From a plasmid: a DNA stretch of 64,000 bases. Under the pieces are notes generated by a model. The model did not search any database. It had not been told where the DNA came from and saw only the letters and a list, made by a program, of their open reading frames with translations. The stretch lies in sequence record NZ_CP025492.2; one strand, 5' to 3'. Shown here one piece after another: positions 42,294 through 52,898 of the stretch. The translations under genes were made by a program, and so were the position numbers. Each line of letters starts with the position of its first letter. Positions within the stretch are counted from its first letter, which is position 1.

Positions 42294-44147
42294 TCAAAAA
42301 ATAGATTCAATCTCGTATTCACCTTGGAAACGCTTGGAATTAGTCGACTCTTGCGCATTAAAGCGACTGTCTGAGGACTCATTAACAACAGGCACATGTT
42401 TAATGCTGGTATTAGAAACAGGAAGAGACGGTATGGCACGAGGTAGAAAACCTGAAGCCTTCGCGCTTCTTTTTTGATAATGAAGCTCCAATTTTGTTAT
42501 AGGATATTGACCTGGCAATCGCAGATAACAAGTAAGCGGATCAAGCCCCATAATTTCAGGATAAGTCACCAAGGGTCGTGTAATACGGTTTTTTCCTAAG
42601 GAAATCCCATCACGAATGGAGTTAGCTCCATAAGAATAATTTTCTCGGGTATCATCAATTTCCTCATCCCCAAGTTCCTTACTGACAAGTTGCGCCATTT
42701 CATGACTTGGACTTGCAAAAAAGGCTCGGGTATTCAGCAAGTCAAAAATTTCAGCCGCCCCACTACGCCCATATACCTTCTCCAATTGACTAAAGCTCTG
42801 CATTCCCAGCAGAAAACAGCCGCCAAATTTCCTGACTTCAGCAATGGTTTCACCCAATAAGGGTAATTTGTGCAGGCTTGGTAATTCATCACAAATAAAC
42901 CAAATTCGCCTGTTCGCATCTTCTGGCAAGCTCAAAAGTGTCAGGGATGCCATGGCAATCCACATCGAAATCAATGGTTTTAAAGATTTATGCTGTTCCC
43001 CATTGCTTGATATAAAAAGCCAGCCCTCCAAATCTTTATTTAACAGATAATCACGAATGGAAAAGGAAGGCTTACCAGATTCATCAAGCCCACTTAACGA
43101 CTGCATTGATTTAAGGTAGGTTGTGATGACGGAGCGAATGGAGATGGCTGTTTTTTCTATTTTATTACTGACCAAAGTCGCTGCAGCCGTGCCGTTGAGA
43201 TAAGGTTCCAACTCACTAAACTCGCCCGTTACCAGTAACCCTAACAGCTTGGATAGGGAACGTTCCTTATCCTCACGCATTTGACTTGCAAGACAGGCAA
43301 ACACGGTGCGTGCTGCATTAACCCAAAATGGATCGTTTTCTCCATGCATGGGGATGAGGCTTTCTGCCATGTTTTCCAGTAATTCATCTTTTGGGGCTTC
43401 CAGCCATAAATCCCAATTAGCACAGCGTGCATCAAAAGGATTAAGTAAAACATCATGATCTTCCTGAAAATAAGCCTGAGTAAACGTGCATCCCTTGTCA
43501 TAGACAATGACTCGGTCGCCTCGTGCACGTAAACAATCCATCAATTTCATAATGAACTGACTTTTCCCCATCCCAACCGTGCCATGAACCAATAAATGCT
43601 GCACCTCTGCACCTTGCAACAGGGGAAATCCATCAAGATGTAAATCAGATGCTTTTCTTTGCTTTATGATCTGTTTTTTAAGTGTTTCTGATGGGACTAA
43701 ACTAGCCCCTCGTATAAATTGGTTTTGTGTTTGTACCTTTCCTCGATAAATGAAATATCGGCTCACCAAAAGTGCCACAATCAACGATAGGGGAAAACTC
43801 CATAGAGTTGACTGTAACAGGAGTGTCAGTAAACGATCGGAGGTAGCAGAAAAATAGTGATTGTGGAGAAGCTGTTCGACAGTTTGTGATGCATACCCCC
43901 CTTTAACAGGGATAGAAAATACATGTGGCACCCCTGCCAGGTGATAAAAATGAGCCGCATGATAGGACACAGTCTGTCTTATCATTCCATGTGGCGCAAA
44001 GATACAGGTCATTACAATGCTTAACCCTGCCCAAATGAATAAGTAAACATGAAAGAGCGCTTTGTTAATCTGAAACCACATCCGCAGATTATGGAATGAG
44101 ATCTGGCCGCCCCGTGTATAATGTTTGTAATTGGATTCATGGCGCAT
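42294..44147 (-). CDS. traD: TraD type IV coupling protein (VirD4 family ATPase)
   Basis: Two N-terminal TM helices, Walker A (GTVGMGKS) and the TraD/TrwB fold. It lies immediately upstream of traI. Confidence 0.9.
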   Translation of the reverse strand: MRHESNYKHYTRGGQISFHNLRMWFQINKALFHVYLFIWAGLSIVMTCIFAPHGMIRQTVSYHAAHFYHLAGVPHVFSIPVKGGYASQTVEQLLHNHYFSATSDRLLTLLLQSTLWSFPLSLIVALLVSRYFIYRGKVQTQNQFIRGASLVPSETLKKQIIKQRKASDLHLDGFPLLQGAEVQHLLVHGTVGMGKSQFIMKLMDCLRARGDRVIVYDKGCTFTQAYFQEDHDVLLNPFDARCANWDLWLEAPKDELLENMAESLIPMHGENDPFWVNAARTVFACLASQMREDKERSLSKLLGLLVTGEFSELEPYLNGTAAATLVSNKIEKTAISIRSVITTYLKSMQSLSGLDESGKPSFSIRDYLLNKDLEGWLFISSNGEQHKSLKPLISMWIAMASLTLLSLPEDANRRIWFICDELPSLHKLPLLGETIAEVRKFGGCFLLGMQSFSQLEKVYGRSGAAEIFDLLNTRAFFASPSHEMAQLVSKELGDEEIDDTRENYSYGANSIRDGISLGKNRITRPLVTYPEIMGLDPLTCYLRLPGQYPITKLELHYQKRSAKASGFLPRAIPSLPVSNTSIKHVPVVNESSDSRFNAQESTNSKRFQGEYEIESIF

Positions 44148-44236
44148 TATATCTTCCTCCAGCTTGTTTTGGGCAAAGCAGCGGCTTCCACTGCTTGTAT
44201 TTGTGGTTAAAAATTATTCTTTTTGATGTGTTTTGT

Positions 44237-44902
44237 TTATTTTAAGGGTATTGCCGCACTGGCATTTTTGTCCTTATCAAAATAATTCTTTATGAGAGTA
44301 AACAGCACGCTGATGCCTATCCTATTGAGCTCCATTTCAACAAGGATGCTCGTTAAAATCCCGCTGATGAAAAACGCGCCAAAGGATATGAAGAAGGCAG
44401 CACTGGGAAACAAGAACAGTGAAGGAATCAAAACAATCCCCGCAAATATTCGATAGGCTATAGTTCCAGCCCTTCTTATTTGTTTTACAATCAATGAGCC
44501 TGTTCTTAGTTTGTGTTTCAATTGATAGTCAATCAAAATGTATTGATTTAATGTGCTGTAAATGAATAGAAAAACAAAAAGGCATAGTCCTAGAGCCATT
44601 AATGGCAGCCAGAAAAACATGTAGATGAGCTCGTGCGTTGAAATCTCCACCATCAATACGTTCCAATAAAAAGGGAGTGGAAGTAAAAATCCTAGAAGTA
44701 TTGTTCCATATAGTTTAAAAAAAACATGCAAAAACAAACGCCTGTTCGCCTGGTAATACTCCTTGGCCGGCATAATATCCACGTCCAATGTTTTTAATGT
44801 TTCTATATCCAAGGCGATGGCCTCTTTTAATTCTTGTGAATTCATTTCTTCATTATTCATGGATAAGCTCCTTCTTTGGGGCTGATTTATCATGATGATC
44901 AA
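44237..44902 (-). CDS. Polytopic inner-membrane protein between traG and traD; candidate entry-exclusion (TraS-position) protein
   Basis: 221 aa with about 5 TM helices. In F the traS/traT exclusion genes occupy this position. Confidence 0.4.
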   Translation of the reverse strand: MIIMINQPQRRSLSMNNEEMNSQELKEAIALDIETLKTLDVDIMPAKEYYQANRRLFLHVFFKLYGTILLGFLLPLPFYWNVLMVEISTHELIYMFFWLPLMALGLCLFVFLFIYSTLNQYILIDYQLKHKLRTGSLIVKQIRRAGTIAYRIFAGIVLIPSLFLFPSAAFFISFGAFFISGILTSILVEMELNRIGISVLFTLIKNYFDKDKNASAAIPLK

Positions 44903-44907
44903 CCCAT

Positions 44908-47745
44908 TTAGTAAAATAGGCGAGGTATAACTGCGTTGACGTTACTTTGCCCCAGTTTTTTCCCCTCGCCTACATCGTTGTTCGTTGTTTCAACCGCTTG
45001 CTGGTATTGACTCTTTAAACGCCCTCCTCCACTGCTTGTTTTATTTACCGCCGCATCGACCTGATTATTAATTTTTTGCTGCATGCTTTCGGCTCTTGAT
45101 GCATCCATGCCAACTCCCAGAGTCCTTCCAGAATCCTCCAATGCATTACTGTTTTTGTGGTAGTCCGCTCTCATTTGTGACTCTTTGGTACTTAATGGAT
45201 TTGCTGCATCCTGATAAAAGGAGTCAATCCGAGCATTTTTAGAAGCATTGCCGTATCGTGCGATTAAACCTTCTCGTTGTTCACTGATAAACTCATTAGC
45301 TAGCATTTGTAATTGTTTTAATGAAGCCAGATCTGAAGGATTAGAATACAATTCATCTCGTGCCTTTTCTCCAATGCGGTGTGCCACAAAGCCAGGAAAT
45401 GCCTGATTAAGATCGGTTGTAATCTGATCGGAGTTTGATTCCACATAACTCCTGGCCGTGCTAATGCGAGCGGCTTTAGACATCGAGGCATCGTAGTTTT
45501 GACTTGCCGTTTGTGCTTCCCGCAAGTCAGTACCCATTTGATTCGAAAGGCTTGCCCCTTCCGAATGGCTGTTATCAAAATGATGGTTTTGTGCAAACTG
45601 GCTCACGTAATTAAGCGCCTGATTAAAGTCTTCTGCTTCCTTCGCTGACATGCTGCTGTCCGTACCCTCATGGTAACGATCACTACTCGTTGATGACCTA
45701 TCGAACTTGGCATGACTATCAGCACCTCCTGTTGCTCCAAAAGCAAATCGCCCAATACTTCCCAGCATACTTTTTTCACTTGCGACTCCGACGTGGGCAT
45801 TTAATCCAGCTGAGGTCATATGAGCCAGCGCATCCTCTTGGCTTATCCCTTCGCGCTTAGCTACATCCGAGGCAATATGCGTCATGGTCGATAAGGCCTG
45901 GCTGTATTGACCGGATTCGCTTTCAGATACTCCATCGCCTAAACGCATATCATGTCCCTGCATTTTCGATAATTGTACGGCACTGTGCGCAAAACTGGAT
46001 AAGGACGTTTGATAATGCTGGCTTTCATTGGCTGCAGCCTGCCTGGATTCCTCAAAAGCCTGATTTAAAGAGCCACTTAAGGCCTTTGTATCTGAAATGT
46101 GTACGGGTCCTCGTGACATCCCAGGACTTACATCAAAAACAGCATCTCCATGGCCTGTGGTCGTCTTAAGCACTCCACTTCCCAATTGTTCCGTGTGCAT
46201 CCCATGCATGTTCGTCCAATTGGTATCGTGCTTGTTAGCCGAAACATTATTGGCGCTGGTATTTTCATAGTTCATATTCCAACCGCTGTAACTTGCCATT
46301 GAGATGTTACCTGCAGCTGCAGATTGTGCTTCACTGACTGACAAAGATTGTGCCATACCACCAAAATGCTGGGAGGAGGTACTTAAAATCTGTCCCAATC
46401 CTTTCGTGATGTACAGGGCAATAACAGGAACACTTGCCGCCAATGCGCCTGCCGTATAGGCGAAATTACTGTGCATGCTCGCTAATGAATCGATATTAGA
46501 GAAGGTCACACCTCCGGTTTTTTGACCAAACAAAGTAATGGTAGTACTTGAGGCCATAGAAACAAACCAATGAAAAATAATAAACATCGGCGGCCATGAC
46601 CAAAGGTAGATTTGAGATTGTACCCACAAGAAATAAGCGTTACTCAGGGTCGGGAAAAATGAAATTAAAACAACTAATGGAAAAATACACAGCGTTAGCA
46701 TCCACATCACGGTCATATAGTAAGGCAGGCGAAATCCTGCAAGCCAAAAGCTATTGGCTTCGGCAATGTGCATTTTTTGAGTGCTGTCCGTATTGGTGTA
46801 ATTCATGAGTGCCGCATCAGCTCCTGAAAAAGCAAAAGCATCGGCAGCAGCATCTCGGGTCGCATTAATTAAGATATTCTGCGTAAGTGTTTCAGCCGCA
46901 TCTTCGGTAATGTTCATGTAATATTTGTGAGCAGCTTGCAGCCGGTCACCAAAAGTCTTTTCGCCTGGTAAAGAACTGCTGTCCGTGTTGCGTGATCCTA
47001 AAGCACCTGTGGTTACCAGATGATTAAGACGCTCCAACTCTAATTTGGCTGCAACGGGCAATCGAGTTTTTAAATTGGCTGCTGCATCAGCACAACTTAA
47101 ATTGTCTCCATTGTGCAGAATCACCCGATAAATAGGCGATGGGCTCTCAAAATAGGTTTTAGATAGATGAGCACTTTGGGTAAGCTCCTGAGGGCTTAAT
47201 TGGTGACTTGCCAAAAGTTTTGCCGTAAACACGCATTGACGGATATAGGACGATAGGTCTTGTGCCAAATCAGGCGACATGGAGAGCCTTGTCTGGGTTG
47301 CCGCAAGCCAGGTTCTTGCACCAAAAATCATTCCGGTTTTGTTGTACTCCAGGCTATCTGGCATGTGAAATACATCACTAAAAGCAGTTGTTATTCCGTA
47401 CCCCATGCCACTAATGACTGCTGCAGGTAATGCAACACCTAAAGGCACATGATCAACTGTTAAGGCCTCTCCTGCTCCTTCGGCTGTCTGCATGTCAATT
47501 ATAGCCACAGGCACTTTAATGCCTAGCACGCAATACATGACTAAAAAGGTGGTCAGCACAAAGCGAGTTAATGATTCGAGCTTTTTCCCCATCACGTACT
47601 GATAACCGACCATACCAACGGATAGAATCATGATAATGTCACACGCCGTACTAAAGGTAGATTCAGTAAGCAAAGCGGCCATACCATCAAGCAACTCTTT
47701 TAAATAAATCCCATTTTGTGGGGTGTAGATTAATAATGGGCTCAT
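44908..47745 (-). CDS. traG: TraG (F-type) mating-pair stabilisation protein
   Basis: 945 aa (F TraG is 938 aa) with an N-terminal polytopic domain and large periplasmic C-domain. It overlaps the traH stop by 4 nt. Confidence 0.85.
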   Translation of the reverse strand: MSPLLIYTPQNGIYLKELLDGMAALLTESTFSTACDIIMILSVGMVGYQYVMGKKLESLTRFVLTTFLVMYCVLGIKVPVAIIDMQTAEGAGEALTVDHVPLGVALPAAVISGMGYGITTAFSDVFHMPDSLEYNKTGMIFGARTWLAATQTRLSMSPDLAQDLSSYIRQCVFTAKLLASHQLSPQELTQSAHLSKTYFESPSPIYRVILHNGDNLSCADAAANLKTRLPVAAKLELERLNHLVTTGALGSRNTDSSSLPGEKTFGDRLQAAHKYYMNITEDAAETLTQNILINATRDAAADAFAFSGADAALMNYTNTDSTQKMHIAEANSFWLAGFRLPYYMTVMWMLTLCIFPLVVLISFFPTLSNAYFLWVQSQIYLWSWPPMFIIFHWFVSMASSTTITLFGQKTGGVTFSNIDSLASMHSNFAYTAGALAASVPVIALYITKGLGQILSTSSQHFGGMAQSLSVSEAQSAAAGNISMASYSGWNMNYENTSANNVSANKHDTNWTNMHGMHTEQLGSGVLKTTTGHGDAVFDVSPGMSRGPVHISDTKALSGSLNQAFEESRQAAANESQHYQTSLSSFAHSAVQLSKMQGHDMRLGDGVSESESGQYSQALSTMTHIASDVAKREGISQEDALAHMTSAGLNAHVGVASEKSMLGSIGRFAFGATGGADSHAKFDRSSTSSDRYHEGTDSSMSAKEAEDFNQALNYVSQFAQNHHFDNSHSEGASLSNQMGTDLREAQTASQNYDASMSKAARISTARSYVESNSDQITTDLNQAFPGFVAHRIGEKARDELYSNPSDLASLKQLQMLANEFISEQREGLIARYGNASKNARIDSFYQDAANPLSTKESQMRADYHKNSNALEDSGRTLGVGMDASRAESMQQKINNQVDAAVNKTSSGGGRLKSQYQQAVETTNNDVGEGKKLGQSNVNAVIPRLFY

Positions 47746-49139
47746 TGTGCCCCTCCGGTATATGATTTTCTTAAGATGGGATTAAGGGCATTAAGCGCCT
47801 GCTTCACGTTGTTTTGAACCAATTGATTGGTGGTCAGTGCGGCATTAAAACGTGCTCGTGATTCGCTATTAAAATTATCTACAAATTGTTGGGCTACCTG
47901 CAGGTTTTTAAATAATTTCTCTTCATGATCACTACCTAAATCACGCCCTGCAAGGGATGCTCGAATCACTTCAAGTGAATTTGCAAGATACTGGGCAAGC
48001 AAATCCGTTGCTACACTCTGAGCAAGTTCATAACTGCTTTGTATGCCGATATTCTGTTGTGCACTGGCTGAAATGAGCTGAAATACAGACGGCTGGGTTA
48101 GTTCAATTAACCCTTTTTGTTGTGGCGTTAAGGCCGTCCCTGATTTGATATTCTCATAAACTCCCTGCAGGATGGCTTGTACCTGAGAAACCAGAGCATC
48201 TTTGCTGCTGATCTCCTGGCTTCCTTTCACATTGATGGCAACACATTTTATGGGTTTGTTTGAATCAGTGCACTTATAGCTGGGTAATTTGCCTCCATAG
48301 AGCAAGGCTTTTACAAAATCCTGATTAGTCGCTAAAGAGGGATACGTTTGCATCCCTCCTTTGGCATCAAATACCAGTGTTCCTGAAATCGACATATAGA
48401 CTTCTGAAATTTCTGTATCTGATTTGATGAATTCATTCAGTTGTAATGCATCCCAAACTACGTTGGTATTCAAAAGAGCCCTGTCTTTATATTCTGAATC
48501 GTTTTTTGCCTGTTCCAATCGCTTTTCAATCTCCCCTCCTGTCGAACATTTATGTCGGGCTTCTGCCCAATCGGTGTATACATTACGATTACGCCCGATG
48601 TCCTCACACAAACGCTGATGTGCCGCTCTATTTTTGGGATAAAGCGCTGCAGTCAGGTTTTCTCCCATCTCACACGAATTAAAATTTGTCCCATTAATGT
48701 CATTTGCCAGCTTTTGCATGTATTGCATGGCATGAGCAATTTCAGGCAGCTCGGTCTCCAGTGCAAGGTTCATTGCATAGCCTGCCCCGTTACTTAAAAT
48801 ATTCTGCATGAAGGAAACAATCTGCTCTGATTTAATAAAGGAAAAACCACCTGCAAAAATATCAATTCCGCCACATCCTGAGCGAAACCCAGGTACATCA
48901 ACGTGAGCTATCTGAATGGAACGCACCTGATTTCTGGCATAGACAGAGCCTAATGATGCAAATCCTGCTGCCTGTGATTCATAGGAATGGCTACCCGTGA
49001 CATTCGCAGAATAACCAAGATTATTAAAAAAATGATTTAAATCGGCACTGGCTGATGCATGAACACCATTTCCTGTCACGCAAGTAAAAGACGCAACAAC
49101 GGTTAGCACAAGAGCTCTAATCATTAAATTTCTCCTCAA
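47742..49139 (-). CDS. traH: TraH (F-type pilus assembly)
   Basis: 465 aa with a signal peptide (F TraH is 458 aa), in conserved position between trbB and traG. Confidence 0.75.
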   Translation of the reverse strand: MRRNLMIRALVLTVVASFTCVTGNGVHASASADLNHFFNNLGYSANVTGSHSYESQAAGFASLGSVYARNQVRSIQIAHVDVPGFRSGCGGIDIFAGGFSFIKSEQIVSFMQNILSNGAGYAMNLALETELPEIAHAMQYMQKLANDINGTNFNSCEMGENLTAALYPKNRAAHQRLCEDIGRNRNVYTDWAEARHKCSTGGEIEKRLEQAKNDSEYKDRALLNTNVVWDALQLNEFIKSDTEISEVYMSISGTLVFDAKGGMQTYPSLATNQDFVKALLYGGKLPSYKCTDSNKPIKCVAINVKGSQEISSKDALVSQVQAILQGVYENIKSGTALTPQQKGLIELTQPSVFQLISASAQQNIGIQSSYELAQSVATDLLAQYLANSLEVIRASLAGRDLGSDHEEKLFKNLQVAQQFVDNFNSESRARFNAALTTNQLVQNNVKQALNALNPILRKSYTGGAQ

Positions 49140-49611
49140 TGTGTTGCTTTAATTCATGTACTCTTTGTGCCAGCTGATAAGGAGTTGCTTCTCCAAACAA
49201 GACAGCGTAGGCCTCCAGGGTATGTCGATTGACTAAAAACAAGGCGGGAACCGTAGGCTTATACCCTCCTGATACATAGAATGTTTGAAAAAGCTCAGGT
49301 GTTAATGGTGTGGTATCGAGTCCATCCAGGGACTCTCCATCCAGGCTAAAAGCACGAACCTTAATATGGAATGTTTCTGAAAAATCCTTTAAAACAGGGG
49401 AGAATTTTTTACAATGTGGGCAGGTGCTTCGATAAATAAATGCAAAATAATAATTTTGGGATAAATCTTTAGCTTCAGCTGATTCCTTCTGTGCAAAAGC
49501 TTTAGGGGCTTGCTTTTTCAATAACAGTGCATTGAGTTCTTCAACTGCCACATTGGCGTGCAATGGATTAATTACAGAACAAAGCAGTAAAAAAATGATG
49601 CGGACAATCAT
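49117..49611 (-). CDS. trbB: TrbB thioredoxin-like disulfide isomerase (F-type)
   Basis: Signal peptide plus a CxxC motif (STCPHCKKF). Confidence 0.7.
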   Translation of the reverse strand: MIVRIIFLLLCSVINPLHANVAVEELNALLLKKQAPKAFAQKESAEAKDLSQNYYFAFIYRSTCPHCKKFSPVLKDFSETFHIKVRAFSLDGESLDGLDTTPLTPELFQTFYVSGGYKPTVPALFLVNRHTLEAYAVLFGEATPYQLAQRVHELKQHIEEKFND

Positions 49612-50390
49612 GCTTCAAACCCCTCATAGCTGTATCGTTTGTAATGAGTCGCCACATCCAGCAGGCGTTCTTTTAACTCGGTTGTGGAGACGAAACCATA
49701 AGATAAAGGCGACATTTTTTGTGTTTTTAAATCAACAAGAAACAGTGCGGGCATGTAGCGTGACTGTAAATTCATTGTTTTTTGTATTTCATGAAGAGGT
49801 ATGTTTTTAGGATTAGGCAAACCTTCAATGGGTTGTCCATCTGTTGTGACCGAAATCATTGAAAAGTGGGTCTGATTGACGAATGGCACAAGATGAGTGA
49901 TGAATTTTTGCGAAATGGAACTGTTCCCTTTGTAAAAAAGGATTAATCCATAACGTTTAGCCCCTTCTCGGACTACCCTCTCCATTAAAAGATTCATTGA
50001 ATCATTGCGAATGGCCACAGCCGTATTGTCAGTTGGAAAATTTAAGGAATGATCCAGCTCAGGATGAGACAACAGCACCTGTTGCCAGTACTGGACAAAT
50101 TTCTGATTGTTTTTGGCATACACCTGCTGGGCTTTCATGTACTCATAGGTTGCATCAAATGATGGGGCAATTAATGCCGTTGCGAGCTTATTCATGGTGG
50201 CTTTGCGGACTTCCATGAGCTCTTCATATGGAGTCAGCGCAGGCTTTGACACCTTTGGAATTTGAACAGGTTTCATCTGAGGTTCTTTGTTTTCTGTACT
50301 GTACCAATGAAACCCATGAGCAGGTGGACTTACTAAATCAGCCATGGCCGGCATGGAAAGTAACATTAAAATAATAGTAAATAATCTCAT
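49608..50390 (-). CDS. traF: TraF (F-type, thioredoxin-fold without CxxC)
   Basis: 260 aa with a signal peptide, between traN and trbB. Confidence 0.7.
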   Translation of the reverse strand: MRLFTIILMLLSMPAMADLVSPPAHGFHWYSTENKEPQMKPVQIPKVSKPALTPYEELMEVRKATMNKLATALIAPSFDATYEYMKAQQVYAKNNQKFVQYWQQVLLSHPELDHSLNFPTDNTAVAIRNDSMNLLMERVVREGAKRYGLILFYKGNSSISQKFITHLVPFVNQTHFSMISVTTDGQPIEGLPNPKNIPLHEIQKTMNLQSRYMPALFLVDLKTQKMSPLSYGFVSTTELKERLLDVATHYKRYSYEGFEA

Positions 50391-52198
50391 TTTTGTTCTG
50401 CCTTTTTCTGGACTCGCCGTTTGATTTCATCCATTGCTTTTGAAGCGTCGGGGCTATTTAAAACGACATCGCCTACAATTCCTGCTTCTTTTGTTGGTTG
50501 TCCTTGGGGAAATGGATAGACAGGGTTTAAAAAATCGATGCGCCCCATGTCAAGGCTTTGTAATTCATTCACACTGAGCCCCGCGCAGCGTGTATGCTCC
50601 GCATCTCCTAAAGCATTGGGATTTAATTGTCTTAAACGTCCTTCGGCCTGGATAATGCGCGCCATTTTGCTGTCAAAGACACAATAGGTGCGTTTGTGCT
50701 CCAGACAGGTGCCAAAAATGGGATCTTTCTGACTGCAGAATTCGCCTACGTAATGAGCCAGATAATTGAGTTTGGCTTTGCCTAAAGCCTTATCTTCTTC
50801 ACGACACAAATCGATATGGAGTTTGTCAGCCCAGCCTTCATTCGAACAACAATCAATAATGTCCCAAACCCAGATTTTGCACTGAACGGGATGGCCTGAA
50901 AATAAGGTGGCCTGCGTTTTACCAAACTCAGCGCCAGCAGCTCCTGCAACGGCCATGGGTGCCATGGCCTCTCCAAAACCATCATTCTGAGTCGCAGCAT
51001 GTTCCGTGCAGTCTCCATCGGCACAAAAGAGATCACGCACACAAGCCACAGGCTGTGGGCAGACTGTCTCATCGCAACGATATACCTGCTCATAGAGTGA
51101 ACAGGCATTATTGTTCATTAATGTACAGCGCGAGCTTGCCTGTAAGCATCCTTTTTCACGTTGCGTTTTACATTCATCAGCTGCAGCGGATGCGCATTGA
51201 TATCGTGCATTAAGCTCCCAGCAATCGCGGGTGACGGGCAGGCCATTAATGACACGGGTTGGATTGGAATCAGTACACTGCTCTTGTGTTTTTTGACATA
51301 GGTTGTTTGTCTCAAGAGCAGCGCATTCATTATCCCAGTGCTCTTCTTCCACATAGGATTTAGAATGAGCATTAATCGTCAATGCCACTTGAATTGGGTA
51401 ATAGCGACTGAACTTATCTGAAATATACAGGGTGATTACTCCTCCATTCTGGCAGGTTGGAAGTCCCACAACACGCACCCAATGAGCAGAACCACCATTA
51501 TTTAGAATGGAGTGTACTGTGGCTTTCATCTCCTCGCAGGGATGATTTAATTTAACAGGATTGGTTAAATGTCCTCCTGCGCTATTGGTCATCGCACCCG
51601 TTATAAGATTAACCGCTATGAGTCCAGTCCATTTTTTATGAACCCATACCTCAAAGTCAGCTCTTTGACTCCATCGTTCTGTGTTCACGGTTACTTTGCG
51701 TTTTTTTAAACACTGTTGTTCTGGTAATTGCCTTGATGTATGACAGATTTCCTCATGCGACTTAATCTCACAAGCCTGTGGCTTTTCATCGCATTTAATC
51801 CGCTCATTAGATTGTCCATGGGTAATCGCATAACTTTCTTCTTCAATTAATTTGGCGTTTTTAATCGCTTCATTTTTAGTATTGATTTCAAACTGGCGCT
51901 GACCAAAATGCTCGGTCACAGTATGTCCACCGGCATCATTTTTTAAGGCATTCGCAGCCAAGGTACTTAAATCCGTTTTTTCAGTTTCAACCCCCTGATA
52001 ATGAAGCGATTGCGAGGGATTTTCCGTATAGTCTTTGAAGGTATTCTGGGGCTTAAATTCATTCATGGCGCTCAGTGGCTGATTCCCCAAAGATTTTGCG
52101 TATTCTTTTAATTTCTGAAAGTCCTGCGCTGTTGTATTGGCAGCTGAGAACGTGCCAAATCCAAAAATACAGACGATGGCCAACATGCATCTAAACAT
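50387..52198 (-). CDS. traN: TraN cysteine-rich outer-membrane mating-pair stabilisation protein
   Basis: 603 aa (F TraN is 602 aa), with a signal peptide and more than 20 Cys clustered in the C-terminal half. Confidence 0.8.
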   Translation of the reverse strand: MFRCMLAIVCIFGFGTFSAANTTAQDFQKLKEYAKSLGNQPLSAMNEFKPQNTFKDYTENPSQSLHYQGVETEKTDLSTLAANALKNDAGGHTVTEHFGQRQFEINTKNEAIKNAKLIEEESYAITHGQSNERIKCDEKPQACEIKSHEEICHTSRQLPEQQCLKKRKVTVNTERWSQRADFEVWVHKKWTGLIAVNLITGAMTNSAGGHLTNPVKLNHPCEEMKATVHSILNNGGSAHWVRVVGLPTCQNGGVITLYISDKFSRYYPIQVALTINAHSKSYVEEEHWDNECAALETNNLCQKTQEQCTDSNPTRVINGLPVTRDCWELNARYQCASAAADECKTQREKGCLQASSRCTLMNNNACSLYEQVYRCDETVCPQPVACVRDLFCADGDCTEHAATQNDGFGEAMAPMAVAGAAGAEFGKTQATLFSGHPVQCKIWVWDIIDCCSNEGWADKLHIDLCREEDKALGKAKLNYLAHYVGEFCSQKDPIFGTCLEHKRTYCVFDSKMARIIQAEGRLRQLNPNALGDAEHTRCAGLSVNELQSLDMGRIDFLNPVYPFPQGQPTKEAGIVGDVVLNSPDASKAMDEIKRRVQKKAEQK

Positions 52199-52898
52199 GG
52201 CCTTTCTCCAATATGGTGGCCGCTAATGTGGCTCCTGCATCTCCTTTCTGGGCGATGAGCTCCAGTCCTTTTTTTATGCTTGCATTGCCATAGACTACAT
52301 CAAAGGGTTGATTGGCACAGAACTGCCCTGAACCGCAAGACTTGGAGGGCTCTGTGACTACAAGCGCTGGAACCGTTGTAATGTGGAATTGACTAAACCA
52401 GACCGGATCAATAGAAATTCCCTTAAAGTTTAAATGCTGCTTTTGAGCTTCGCTATTAAGGCGTTTAAATGTTTCTATGGTTTGTTTAAAATCACCATCC
52501 ACTAAGCCATTAATGACCACGGGAATATGAAACCGTGCTGCTTCATCGCTCAATGCAAATAGAAGTGAGTCGGGCATGGAAAAGGATACAAATAAAATGG
52601 CACCTTCTACTCTCTGCGGTTTTTGATTGCTTTGTAAACCGTCCGCGCTGCGTTGCATGAGTGTATCAATCAATGATTGGTGCTCTGATTGATTCCGTGA
52701 GGACGTACGATTTAGCATTTCGATTGTCTTACTCGAAATGGTTGATACTTGGTGAGCCCCCTCCTCTTGATACTGCCTTAATTCATCATTAGTGTTTGCA
52801 AAACATCCGCCAATCCCGGTCAGAAACAGGATAATGATTTTAATGTAGTGCGCCATTAAAGGCCTCCTTATAAAAAACAACAATTTCTCTTGCGCCAA
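52191..52898 (-). CDS. trbC: TrbC (F-type). An alternative start at 52856 avoids overlap with traU.
   Basis: Signal peptide, position between traU and traN, and size consistent with TrbC. Confidence 0.6.
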   Translation of the reverse strand: MAQEKLLFFIRRPLMAHYIKIIILFLTGIGGCFANTNDELRQYQEEGAHQVSTISSKTIEMLNRTSSRNQSEHQSLIDTLMQRSADGLQSNQKPQRVEGAILFVSFSMPDSLLFALSDEAARFHIPVVINGLVDGDFKQTIETFKRLNSEAQKQHLNFKGISIDPVWFSQFHITTVPALVVTEPSKSCGSGQFCANQPFDVVYGNASIKKGLELIAQKGDAGATLAATILEKGHV

